Positions 1 through 8,393 of a stretch of DNA of 28,562 nt are shown piece after piece (position 1 is the first letter of the stretch; every line of letters starts with the position of its first letter). This DNA comes from Candidatus Melainabacteria bacterium. Lineage in GTDB: Bacteria; Cyanobacteriota; Vampirovibrionia; Obscuribacterales; Obscuribacteraceae. Location: positions 1 to 28,562 of the forward strand of contig JACMKL010000106.1 of assembly GCA_014380105.1 (NCBI GenBank). The letters run 5' to 3'. A program made the position numbers and the translations under genes. The notes beneath the pieces were generated by a model. It saw only the letters and a list, made by a program, of their open reading frames with translations, ran no database searches and had not been told where the DNA came from.

Positions 1-65
1 TCTATTCGAAGGCCATTTCAAAAAGTAGTTTTTTCCCAACGCACGTCGAGTACCCTACTCGCAAA

Positions 66-95
66 CGAAAGAGCCAGGCAAGCCTGGCTCTTTCG
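66..95 (-). terminator. Intrinsic terminator-like hairpin closing the ABC operon
   Basis: Perfect 13-bp inverted repeat CGAAAGAGCCAGG-caag-CCTGGCTCTTTCG, 18 nt past the stop at 114. On the minus strand the loop is CUUG and a short TTT follows; it may be bidirectional. Confidence 0.75.
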
Positions 96-113
96 CTTTA
101 AACGCGAATACAT

Positions 114-824
114 TCATTCCTTGCTAGTTTTCTGGTTTTGTCTTTGGATCTCTGAGAAAGACATCTCTATTACCTTATCTACAGGTAGTTTTTCTTTGGA
201 ATGCTGACATATATAGTCGTACTGGTCTGAAACCTGTTTGGCGTTTCCGGCTGTAAGACCCCGATAAGGTGAAGCAATTTCTTGCCCAGCTGTACGCAGC
301 GCCTGGCTTATCGCCACCTTCTTATCTGCATTCATGCCGCTAAAAACTTTTCCCAATGCCTTTTTGGAACACTGAATTCCATATTCTTTTGCATTTGCAT
401 AAATGCGCCTGCAAATTTCGATATGACCATTCTCGTGCTCAACCACATCTGGCGGCGCTCTATCTGATATCAATAAACGAATCGGCAACCCTAAATTCAA
501 ATCAACAGAAGTGATCTTCAAATCTACCTTGTACTCATTGCCGACCTTTTCCTCTTTCAAAATCTTGAACCCTAGCTCTGGAACTATTCCATAATTCCAC
601 TCAGTGCGGGCAGTCTCATGATTCGAAGGATCAACGCCCTCTTTTTCAGCATTTACGTTTTTGGAATATTCAGTTATTACTTTCGGCTCCAGTACTTTCA
701 CTTTAATATTGTCGGAAGCAATATCAGGTTTGACTGCGATCGTATTTGTGCAACCTGATTGCGCAAAAATTCCAAGCACAAGAAATAAATAGGGATAAGT
801 TTTTCTTGAGAAGCGCATGATCAC
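114..824 (-). CDS. Putative lipoprotein with HExxH motif (DUF922-like predicted Zn peptidase)
   Basis: Basic N-terminus, hydrophobic stretch and AQSGC (weak lipobox); VVEHENGHIEIC motif. GTG start at 824 overlaps the upstream stop (GTGA); alternative ATG at 818. Confidence 0.6.
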   Translation of the reverse strand: MIMRFSRKTYPYLFLVLGIFAQSGCTNTIAVKPDIASDNIKVKVLEPKVITEYSKNVNAEKEGVDPSNHETARTEWNYGIVPELGFKILKEEKVGNEYKVDLKITSVDLNLGLPIRLLISDRAPPDVVEHENGHIEICRRIYANAKEYGIQCSKKALGKVFSGMNADKKVAISQALRTAGQEIASPYRGLTAGNAKQVSDQYDYICQHSKEKLPVDKVIEMSFSEIQRQNQKTSKE

Positions 825-1609
825 TCTTTAGTTACAGTGTAGTCATCAAAATACATCAAGCTATCAGCCTTTGACCAGAGTCCGACTTTTCCGTCAATCG
901 GTTCTGTAAATGTGTAATCCAAAACTTTGTTGCCATTGTAGAATCCGTCGATTTTTGCACCTTTGATTGCAACCGAAATTTCGTTCCAGCGACCAGATGG
1001 CACCTGCAACTTACGAATCCATTTTAGAGCCTTGCGTTTTCCTTTTTCATACTTCCAAAGCACCACATTGTTTTCAGCCGAGTTGCCACGGAAAATCAGA
1101 TAGTCACCATTAGGCTTCATGTTGAAAACAATGCCAGCGCATTGATCAATTTTCCCACCCACGCCTTTGAATCGCATTGAGATATCGCCATTCTTGAAAT
1201 TTTCAACTGGCTTGAAAACGGCAAGTGGGAAGTACGCAAATGTTTGGACGCGGTCCAGAAACTCAGCATAGCGGTCGCCATACAATGCTCTAGCTTTTTC
1301 AGCAACGCCTGATGCGACTTTACCTTTTGCCCACTTGCGTCCGTCGACACAGAAGACTTTATTGCCCTTATCATCAGAGACATACCAATCACCAATCATC
1401 GTCGCAAATGATTTTGGGTCTTGACCGACACTGTCATCTTCAAAGTTTATCTTTGTGATTGATTCCGCCTTACTCACATTCGGACTGGCAACTGGCTTAG
1501 TTTCGTCAGCGTACATAGACTGAGTTGATATGAACACAGTAGATGCAGCAAACGCAAAACTCAGAGATGCGAGTTCTAACGTTCTGGTCTTCAATCTAAT
1601 TTCCGACAT
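821..1609 (-). CDS. Secreted DUF1080 / concanavalin-like beta-sandwich protein
   Basis: Signal peptide (..SMYA/DE); INFED start; AGIVF..DY, WNEISVAIKGAKI.GFYNG and GKVGLWSKADSLMYFDDYTV are typical of this fold. Confidence 0.7.
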   Translation of the reverse strand: MSEIRLKTRTLELASLSFAFAASTVFISTQSMYADETKPVASPNVSKAESITKINFEDDSVGQDPKSFATMIGDWYVSDDKGNKVFCVDGRKWAKGKVASGVAEKARALYGDRYAEFLDRVQTFAYFPLAVFKPVENFKNGDISMRFKGVGGKIDQCAGIVFNMKPNGDYLIFRGNSAENNVVLWKYEKGKRKALKWIRKLQVPSGRWNEISVAIKGAKIDGFYNGNKVLDYTFTEPIDGKVGLWSKADSLMYFDDYTVTKE

Positions 1610-2960
1610 TCAATCCACCTTTATAGCGTTTCTTCAAAAAATTCTGAGCCAATACCCACGATAAAACAATTAACAACGGCAAAATTGCATAGAACCAAAT
1701 TTTGTAATTCTCGACATCGATATGATGAGGATGCCCTGGATAGACAGATTTCAACTCTCCTTCTAAAGAAACGCCGGTTAGTAGATGTAGAATTTCCAAA
1801 CCTTTGATTGGTCCTACATCGTGAGTCATCATCCTGGCACCATCATAGTCATAGTCAATCTCACCAAATAGTGGATCGCCCTCTCCAAATTTTCCCGAAT
1901 CATCAGGTGTTATATATACAACCTGAAAATTCTTAACAACACGACGCAACTTACCCACAAAATTTCTTTCAAAGTCTACAGCAGCTGAGTGCTCAGGGCT
2001 GAGGTGCACAATTATCTTCAATGGCTTATTGAGCTTTAGGAGCTGCGCTTCATTCTTGGGATTGAAGGAATTGATCCTATTTTCGCTGAAATCACGAAAG
2101 TAAAAAGCATTCGATGCACAAAATGCCAAAAGAGAAATTATCAAGGCACAGATGGATGTTTCACGTAGTTTCGCCAGTAAAGACTGACCTGACCTGATCC
2201 AGATAGCGCTCAAAATCAGGAAGAATATTGACACCAAAATGAATCCCAGGGTAGTGGGCAAACTAAACATGCCATTTTCAAAAGCGCGCAGATTAGCACT
2301 TAAAGATAGCCAGCTCAAAGCTTTAAAATTTGCTTGATTCTGACCAGCGAATTCAATCACCCAGGATGTGATCGTAAACGCTAATGCCACTATGGCAGCC
2401 GTTTGAGGAGAATCTGTAATCGCGACAGCAAAAAAGGAAATTGCAATAATGGCGATGGCATAAAGTAAGTGTCCCAAAAACAAGGTTGCCACTTCAGGCA
2501 TATACAAATAGCCACCTTGTTGTGACCAAATAATCAGCGCCGAAATTACAGGAATTAAAGTCGCACCAAAAGCGAAAAGTACAACTAGTGCCTTTACAGC
2601 AATTGGCAAATACATTTGAGGACTGAGTTGCAATAAAAATTTCAATGATCCAAATTGCTTTTCAACTCCCAGAATTCGGATTGCAACAAACGGCAGAAAA
2701 AAGGTTTCGCTCAAATACAAAGCACTGCAAGTAGGCATAACAAGACCTTCTAACGGACTCAAGCTATTGAGTAAAATTTCGTCGCCGAGGGTTGTGGCGC
2801 TTGCCGCAGAATAAATGTGCGCAGCTTCAATAAAACTAAATCCAACCAGTGGAGAAAGAAATAGAAGCATTACCCAGAAAGATCGCGAAGCAAAAAGTTC
2901 TCGAATTTCCTTAGTAAAGAGTGCGAGATATTTATTGGATTGAGTAGTTTTCATAATCAT
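1596..2960 (-). CDS. ABC-2 permease (GldF-like) fused to a GldG N-terminal-like periplasmic domain
   Basis: FTKEIRELF start, about six TM helices, EKQFGSLKFLLQL loop, then DFSENRINSF..LLKLNKPLKIIVHL and a C-terminal TM helix. ATGA overlap with the ATPase stop. Confidence 0.75.
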   Translation of the reverse strand: MIMKTTQSNKYLALFTKEIRELFASRSFWVMLLFLSPLVGFSFIEAAHIYSAASATTLGDEILLNSLSPLEGLVMPTCSALYLSETFFLPFVAIRILGVEKQFGSLKFLLQLSPQMYLPIAVKALVVLFAFGATLIPVISALIIWSQQGGYLYMPEVATLFLGHLLYAIAIIAISFFAVAITDSPQTAAIVALAFTITSWVIEFAGQNQANFKALSWLSLSANLRAFENGMFSLPTTLGFILVSIFFLILSAIWIRSGQSLLAKLRETSICALIISLLAFCASNAFYFRDFSENRINSFNPKNEAQLLKLNKPLKIIVHLSPEHSAAVDFERNFVGKLRRVVKNFQVVYITPDDSGKFGEGDPLFGEIDYDYDGARMMTHDVGPIKGLEILHLLTGVSLEGELKSVYPGHPHHIDVENYKIWFYAILPLLIVLSWVLAQNFLKKRYKGGLNVGN

Positions 2961-3685
2961 GTCAATGCAACGAAGACGTCCTCTAGAGTGCCGTCCTTGA
3001 GTCCGGCGACAGTTTGAAGCATACCTAAATCCCCGTATCCAAGCAGCTTTCCTGAAGAGAGCAGCAAGAAATTGTCCGCAATTCTCTGCGCATCTGCAAT
3101 CTGGTGAATAGACAGAATTAAAGTTTTTCCTAGTTCTTTTTCGTCTTTTAAAATCGATACGACTTCCTTAGTCTGCCTGATATCGAGACCCTCAAACGGT
3201 TCGTCAAGCATCAATATATCGTTTTTGGAAAGCAACGCAATTGCTATTAACAGGCGTTTTTGATAACCGCGGGAAAGGTCTTTTGCACTCTTATTCAGGA
3301 CCGGCTCTAGCTTAAGCCGATCGATGACATTTCTCAAACGGACCTGCGAAACATTCATCATCTGGCGGAAAAAATTCAGAGTAGCAAATACAGCATGATC
3401 CGGATAGGGCAAAATCTGATCTGGTTGATAGAAAAAATGCTTGTGACGATCCCTTTGATCTATGGCTTTTCCTGAAACGTCCACGATGCCTGAATGCTGG
3501 GGCCGCAACCCGGCGATGCATTCCATCAGAGTAGTTTTTCCTGAACCATTTGGACCGATAACGCCCACGATATCGCCCTTAAGGCAGGAGAAACGAATAT
3601 TTGAAAGAATATTTTGTTGTCCAATCTTGCATGAAAGGTCTTTTATTTCAAGCAAAACCTGACCTTGATGCAATGGATTAGACAT
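2957..3685 (-). CDS. ABC transporter ATP-binding protein (GldA/ABC-2 type)
   Basis: Walker A GPNGSGKTT, signature LSRGYQKR, Walker B LMLDEPF, H-loop SIH. ATG at 3685 preferred over TTG at 3688. Confidence 0.92.
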   Translation of the reverse strand: MSNPLHQGQVLLEIKDLSCKIGQQNILSNIRFSCLKGDIVGVIGPNGSGKTTLMECIAGLRPQHSGIVDVSGKAIDQRDRHKHFFYQPDQILPYPDHAVFATLNFFRQMMNVSQVRLRNVIDRLKLEPVLNKSAKDLSRGYQKRLLIAIALLSKNDILMLDEPFEGLDIRQTKEVVSILKDEKELGKTLILSIHQIADAQRIADNFLLLSSGKLLGYGDLGMLQTVAGLKDGTLEDVFVALT

Positions 3686-3688
3686 CAA

Positions 3689-4687
3689 TTAAAACGGTAA
3701 TGGATTAATGCCAACTTGGCGCTCTACACCTTGCACCAATTGTCTGTTGGTAGGAGTGTCTCCGCTTGTCAGACAAGCCTTTTCACAAGCGGCAAAGCTC
3801 CGTACAAACCAACTAATATCAACTCCCTGAGCACGTTTTTGACGTAATGCGTTCCAGATAGCCGTTCGCCGAATATATGCAAAACCAGGATGAGGAGCCG
3901 TTCCCAGAAAGTCGGCATTCGCGACACTTTGCTCAAGTTTTATATTGTCTTGCATAGTTTGCGCCGTAATATGGGCTTGAGCGCTTTCGATGGCTTGACT
4001 CGTAGCAGTTTGAAGAGCCTGGAAAAAGCGATCTGTCTCAGAGCCTTGCGCACCATTATTAATCAGTGCTTCTAGCTGCATAAACTGCGCCCAGGCTTGT
4101 TGAAAGTTTCCACCCTTGGTGGCAACTTCCCTCAATTTTTGCCAGAGCGTAATCCGATCTTCAAATCTATAGCCTTCAACTGGTAAATATCTTTTGACTT
4201 GCTCCACCGAAACAGAAGAGACACTCGCGCGCCCTGTTGTCGCAACCACAGCTGCGCCTTTGGTGACAGTCAAAAAACTGAGCAAATCATCTTGAGTAAT
4301 ACCACCAGATGCAAATCGTTTGATCATCTGTTCTGGTACCGTGCATTGGCGTACGGCTGCTCTGTTCGTTTGATCGTAAAAATTCATCGAAACAGCTTTT
4401 ACATCTGCCGGATATCTATCGCGCAAAGCTTTGGTGACAAGAACAGCGTCAATTTTCAGATCTCGCTCCGGGGCATTCGGATTTCGGTACATGTTGACGA
4501 TAACGGTGCCATCACTGAATGTCGCTCTAAAATTTGGCGTTTTAAAAATCTTTGCCACATGAATAGTCTGAATAATTTCTGCTTCGCTCAAAGTTCTTGC
4601 ATGGGCACTTTGAGTCAAACTTTGAGTTGAAATACAGAGTGCTGCAATCAACGTTGACGTCAGAATTTTATTGTTCGGCGATCTCAT
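3689..4687 (-). CDS. Secreted hypothetical protein with an internal 38-aa duplication
   Basis: Signal peptide ending AHA; 332-aa ORF whose stop abuts the ATPase start; two copies of P..G(Y/F)....R...W..LR.....G.........F...E. Confidence 0.7.
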   Translation of the reverse strand: MRSPNNKILTSTLIAALCISTQSLTQSAHARTLSEAEIIQTIHVAKIFKTPNFRATFSDGTVIVNMYRNPNAPERDLKIDAVLVTKALRDRYPADVKAVSMNFYDQTNRAAVRQCTVPEQMIKRFASGGITQDDLLSFLTVTKGAAVVATTGRASVSSVSVEQVKRYLPVEGYRFEDRITLWQKLREVATKGGNFQQAWAQFMQLEALINNGAQGSETDRFFQALQTATSQAIESAQAHITAQTMQDNIKLEQSVANADFLGTAPHPGFAYIRRTAIWNALRQKRAQGVDISWFVRSFAACEKACLTSGDTPTNRQLVQGVERQVGINPLPF

Positions 4688-4770
4688 TTTTCACCATCCG
4701 GGGCACTTAAACATTGTAGCGCGGTAAATGGGAGCGCGCTAATTCAGCGCACGAAGATGCTTCCGATAAC

Positions 4771-4800
4771 AAAAAAACGCCCCAACAAGTGGAGCGTTTT
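4771..4800 (-). terminator. Intrinsic terminator of rplI
   Basis: Minus strand AAAACGCTCCA-cttgt-TGGGGCGTTTTTTT: stem with one G-U pair followed by a T7 tract, about 25 nt after the rplI stop. Confidence 0.8.
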
Positions 4801-4824
4801 AAAAATCAGATTTTAATCGACTGA

Positions 4825-5379
4825 TTATTCAGCGTCTTCAGAATCTTCGTCGCTGTCGTTTTCATCAGCATCATCAGCTTCGGTTTCAGCACTAGCTTCT
4901 TTGGCTGGAGCCGGAACCTTATCTTCGGTGCCTTCTGGAACAACTTCGATGTTCAATTCGGCTTGTGCATCTTGAGCCAGCTTAACACTAACTTTGTAGA
5001 TGCCGAGTTGTCCGATGTCGTTCGACATTTTGATGAGACGCTTGTCAACATCAATTTCCGTAGCCTTTTTAATTGCTGCGGCAACTTCTTTATTTGTGAC
5101 CTTACCGTAGAGCTTACCGCCATCTCCAGCCTTGGCACCGATTCTTATGGTGCCGAGGTCGGTTATCTTCTGACACAAGTCTTGCGCTTCTTGTTTAGCC
5201 TTATCAGCTTTCTTACGCAAGATTTCTGTGTCTTCGTCACGCTTCTTCAGTGCACCGGTAGTAGCCAATACAGCTAGAGAACGCGGTTGCAGAAAGTTGC
5301 GGTAATAGCCAGGTGCTGCCTCGACGATGTCGCCGGCGCCGCCCAACTTTGGAACGTTTTGCTGCAAAATTACCTTCAT
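4825..5379 (-). CDS. rplI: 50S ribosomal protein L9 with acidic C-terminal tail
   Basis: MKVIL..V.KLG..GDIVE..PGY.RNFL.P and GKLYGKVTNKEVA..IDVDKRLI..IGQLG.Y.V.VKL motifs. ATG at 5379 follows a GGGGGA Shine-Dalgarno-like site. Confidence 0.97.
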   Translation of the reverse strand: MKVILQQNVPKLGGAGDIVEAAPGYYRNFLQPRSLAVLATTGALKKRDEDTEILRKKADKAKQEAQDLCQKITDLGTIRIGAKAGDGGKLYGKVTNKEVAAAIKKATEIDVDKRLIKMSNDIGQLGIYKVSVKLAQDAQAELNIEVVPEGTEDKVPAPAKEASAETEADDADENDSDEDSEDAE

Positions 5380-5544
5380 CGCATCCCCCAAAACAAAATT
5401 TGACCCGCCTCATAGGCGCGTTAATATTCAAGCAATAAGTGACTCTATCATGAAATTACGCTGCTTTTGCGAAGTCTCAAGCTTCCGTTAACACGGCGAA
5501 AAGCAATTCGGAAAACAGCCCGTTGCAAAGACCACAAAAGAGCC

Positions 5545-6003
5545 CTAAAACCGCTCTCGGAACATTCCGCGCACACCCGATGGATCACAAGAGAAACCGA
5601 AGCGTTTGTAAAAGCCATCGGTGCCCGGGTCAGCATACAAAGTGACCAGCGGAATTGGAAAAGTATCAAGTTCTTTCAACAATTCGTTCATGACTAGAAG
5701 TCCCAATCCGCGGCGCTGGTAGGACGGTCGGACGACAACATCCCAGACAGTAGCGTTGAAAACCGCGTCTCCAGTGGCTCTTGAGAAAGCGACCAGTAGT
5801 TCGCCGTCCCAAATCGAAACCACAGCAAGGCTATTTAAAAGTGCCTTGGTGATCAAATCGGGCTCTCTCCTGCTCCAGCCTACCGATGCACAAATTTCCT
5901 GCACAGCGACAGGAGAAATGCACTTCTCATGAAGGATGACAAGATTGGGGGGCAGCGGCTCCCGCGAACCGTCGGGACGTTTCCAAATGCTAGACAGGAC
6001 CAT
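5545..6003 (-). CDS. GNAT N-acetyltransferase, Ycf52/NSI-like
   Basis: VGWSRR, RATGDAVFNATVWDVVVRPSYQRRGLG, VTLYADP..FYKRFGF..DP.GVRGMF match the cyanobacterial/plastid Ycf52 pattern as I recall it. Confidence 0.85.
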   Translation of the reverse strand: MVLSSIWKRPDGSREPLPPNLVILHEKCISPVAVQEICASVGWSRREPDLITKALLNSLAVVSIWDGELLVAFSRATGDAVFNATVWDVVVRPSYQRRGLGLLVMNELLKELDTFPIPLVTLYADPGTDGFYKRFGFSCDPSGVRGMFRERF

Positions 6004-7555
6004 CGAGAAGAACCCTTTCTAAAGTTGCCACGGATTCAACGTGATAGGTCTGTGGAAAGAGGTCAATCGGTTGAATCCGAAGAGTCTTATACCCATATAT
6101 GGGCCTATTTCCATCTTCCTGAGCAACAACCCGAGTTTCTTGCCCCTGATCATCAATCTCGACAGTTGTGGGCTTCTGATAAGGGTCGATGCCACCGTTG
6201 GCCAACAATTTCAAATCTCGTGCCAGAGTGGCCGGATTGCAGCTGACATAAATTATGCGAGGCGGCGCCAAATCTACAACAGACCTGAGCACTTCGGGCG
6301 AAACTCCCTTGCGGGGCGGGTCTAATACAAGTAAATCAATTTTATCGCCGGTATCGTGAAACTGCGGAAGCACTTCTTCGACAGAACCCTCAATAAATTC
6401 GACGTTTCTAATTTCATTTATTTCGGTGTTAAAACGACCATCAATGACGGCTTGCGGAAATTCTTCAATAGCACTGATTCGCACTGCGCCTGGTGACAAG
6501 AACAATGAAATTGCTCCAACACCGGCATAGGCATCAACTACCAATGGAATTTTCATAGTCTGCGGCTCAGTACCGAAAGCCTCGTCGTAGACCACTTCTA
6601 GAAGACGAACCGCTTGGTCAGTATTGACTTGAAAAAAGCTTGTCGGAGACAATTTGAATTTCAGACCATCTTTAAGTTTGAGAGGGAAACGTTCGTCAGT
6701 GGCGCGCAGCACCTCTTCAATTGCCTCTTCTCCGTCGATAAGTACTGTCGTATCACCGAGGATACGATTGCCGCGCATCGTGTTGTAATTGACAGCAACA
6801 CCGATAATTTGCTCATGACGAGCCAAAATTTCATCAGCAACGGCTTCCAAAACTTCCTGATAATCGCCTTCTTCAAGATTGACTACCAGTGTCACTAAGA
6901 TCGTTCCATTTGAGCGACTTTCTCTAGCGTGAATGTGGCGGACAATGCCATCACCACTGCGTTCGTTGTAGGCCGGAATTTCATGTAATTCCAAAACTTC
7001 TTTGACGGTCTCAAGCATTCTATCGAGTGCTTCCGACTGCACTGGGCAGTGCTTTATGTTGACTAATTCGTGAGAATCGGGCTTAAAATAGCCTGCCAAA
7101 ATACGAGTAGAATCCTTCGGATTGCGAACCGGAAATTGCACCTTGTTACGGTAGAACAGCGGGTTCTCGGCGCCAATACAATCTTTCACTATCGATGAGT
7201 CCAGTCCACCAATATGCTGCATTGCTTGCTTGACGATGCTAGTTTTGTGAGCGAGTTGCTTTGAGTATTCCAGATGTTGCCACTGACAGCCACCACAGAC
7301 CTTAAATAGCTTGCACGGCGGCTCTTGTCTGTCGGGAGATGGTTTGATGAAGCGCGCGATTTTGCCTTTTGCAAATTTCTTGCGAACATCGAAAAGCTCG
7401 ACTTCAACAACATCACCGGGCGCACCCCTTTCAATGAAGACCGGCAAATCATCAGCCTTTCCGAATGCTTCACCACCAGGAGCCATCGAAGTAATGGTCA
7501 TCTCGACGACATCACCTCTATTGTGAATGACGCCACCAGACTGTTTCTTTGCCAT
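5990..7555 (-). CDS. rlmD: 23S rRNA (uracil-C5)-methyltransferase RlmD/RumA
   Basis: TRAM domain, CKLFKVCGGCQWQH Fe-S motif, YRNK, SFFQVN, DAYAGVG, LDPPRKG, YVSCNPATLARDL, DLFPQTYHVE. Confidence 0.95.
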   Translation of the reverse strand: MAKKQSGGVIHNRGDVVEMTITSMAPGGEAFGKADDLPVFIERGAPGDVVEVELFDVRKKFAKGKIARFIKPSPDRQEPPCKLFKVCGGCQWQHLEYSKQLAHKTSIVKQAMQHIGGLDSSIVKDCIGAENPLFYRNKVQFPVRNPKDSTRILAGYFKPDSHELVNIKHCPVQSEALDRMLETVKEVLELHEIPAYNERSGDGIVRHIHARESRSNGTILVTLVVNLEEGDYQEVLEAVADEILARHEQIIGVAVNYNTMRGNRILGDTTVLIDGEEAIEEVLRATDERFPLKLKDGLKFKLSPTSFFQVNTDQAVRLLEVVYDEAFGTEPQTMKIPLVVDAYAGVGAISLFLSPGAVRISAIEEFPQAVIDGRFNTEINEIRNVEFIEGSVEEVLPQFHDTGDKIDLLVLDPPRKGVSPEVLRSVVDLAPPRIIYVSCNPATLARDLKLLANGGIDPYQKPTTVEIDDQGQETRVVAQEDGNRPIYGYKTLRIQPIDLFPQTYHVESVATLERVLLDGPV

Positions 7556-7645
7556 TTATCCCTCGCCTCTACGGCTGCCATCCCCCAAACGGGGAAGGTT
7601 GAAACCGTTAGTACAGGGAACATTTTAGACTGGGAAGGCCATTGC

Positions 7646-8365
7646 ATGCAAAGTCTCAGCAACATTGACGATCCGGCGCCAATTCCCCTTCAAATCTCCC
7701 AAAGAGATTCAGAAGGCTGTCCTGGCTCGGGTTTCCAAGATTCACCTTTGGCGTCCGAATACGGAGCCATGGCGAGCGAATGGTCTGTGATTATTCTCAC
7801 ACTAACGGCTGTCATCCAGCTTGGCGTAGCTTCTATGTCCGGAAGTGTGGCGTTATTAGGCGATACGATACATAACTTTAGCGACGCCTTGAGCACCCTG
7901 CCTCTGTGGCTGGCATTTTACTTAGGGCGAATGCAGCCTGGCAAGCGGTTTTCGGTCGGTTCTATCAGGCTTGAGGATGCGGCAGGCGCCGTGATTGTTC
8001 TATCAATCTTAATTAGCGGACTAATGGTCGGATATCAATCCATTGACCATCTCTTCCACCCTAAAGCGGTCCATCATCTCACTGCTGTTTCCATAGCTGC
8101 ATTTATCGGCTTCATCGGAAACGAGACGGTCGCACTGTTCAGAATGAAAATAGGCAAAGAGATTGGCAGTCAGGCATTAATTGCAGACGCTTGCCACGCT
8201 CACCTGGACGGTTTTACCAGTCTTGCAGTCGCAGTTGGTTGCGTCGGCATCGCGCTCGGCTTCCCACAGGCTGATTCTATGGTCGGTTTACTGATGTCTG
8301 CTCTGACCATTTTTGCAGGCCTAGAATTGGCGCTAAAAATGCGCACACCATCTGCGGTGCGCTAA
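7646..8365 (+). CDS. Cation diffusion facilitator, transmembrane domain only
   Basis: ALLGDTIHNFSD (TM2) and ALIADACHAHLD (TM5) site-A motifs; six TM helices, then stop. The track start at 7325 overlaps rlmD, so the in-frame ATG at 7646 is preferred. Confidence 0.8.
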   Translation: MQSLSNIDDPAPIPLQISQRDSEGCPGSGFQDSPLASEYGAMASEWSVIILTLTAVIQLGVASMSGSVALLGDTIHNFSDALSTLPLWLAFYLGRMQPGKRFSVGSIRLEDAAGAVIVLSILISGLMVGYQSIDHLFHPKAVHHLTAVSIAAFIGFIGNETVALFRMKIGKEIGSQALIADACHAHLDGFTSLAVAVGCVGIALGFPQADSMVGLLMSALTIFAGLELALKMRTPSAVR

Positions 8366-8393
8366 CCTTTGCAAAATCACTAGCTCAGCGGCT

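Noticed and set aside
1-60. Possible tRNA or ncRNA end at the window start
   Set aside because: Only a small hairpin (GAGTA-ccc-TACTC at 48-60); no T-loop, CCA or cloverleaf.
4736-4750. GCGCT-N5-AGCGC palindrome, echoed by GCGCT-N6-AGCGC at 25390-25405
   Set aside because: Only 5-bp arms with different spacers and different distances to start codons; likely chance.
6092-6190. Mini-intein in RlmD
   Set aside because: No N-terminal Cys/Ser, no C-terminal His-Asn, and far too short.
7325-7645. 107-aa N-terminal extension of the CDF shown in the ORF track
   Set aside because: It overlaps rlmD on the opposite strand and has no CDF features; the ATG at 7646 explains the gene.
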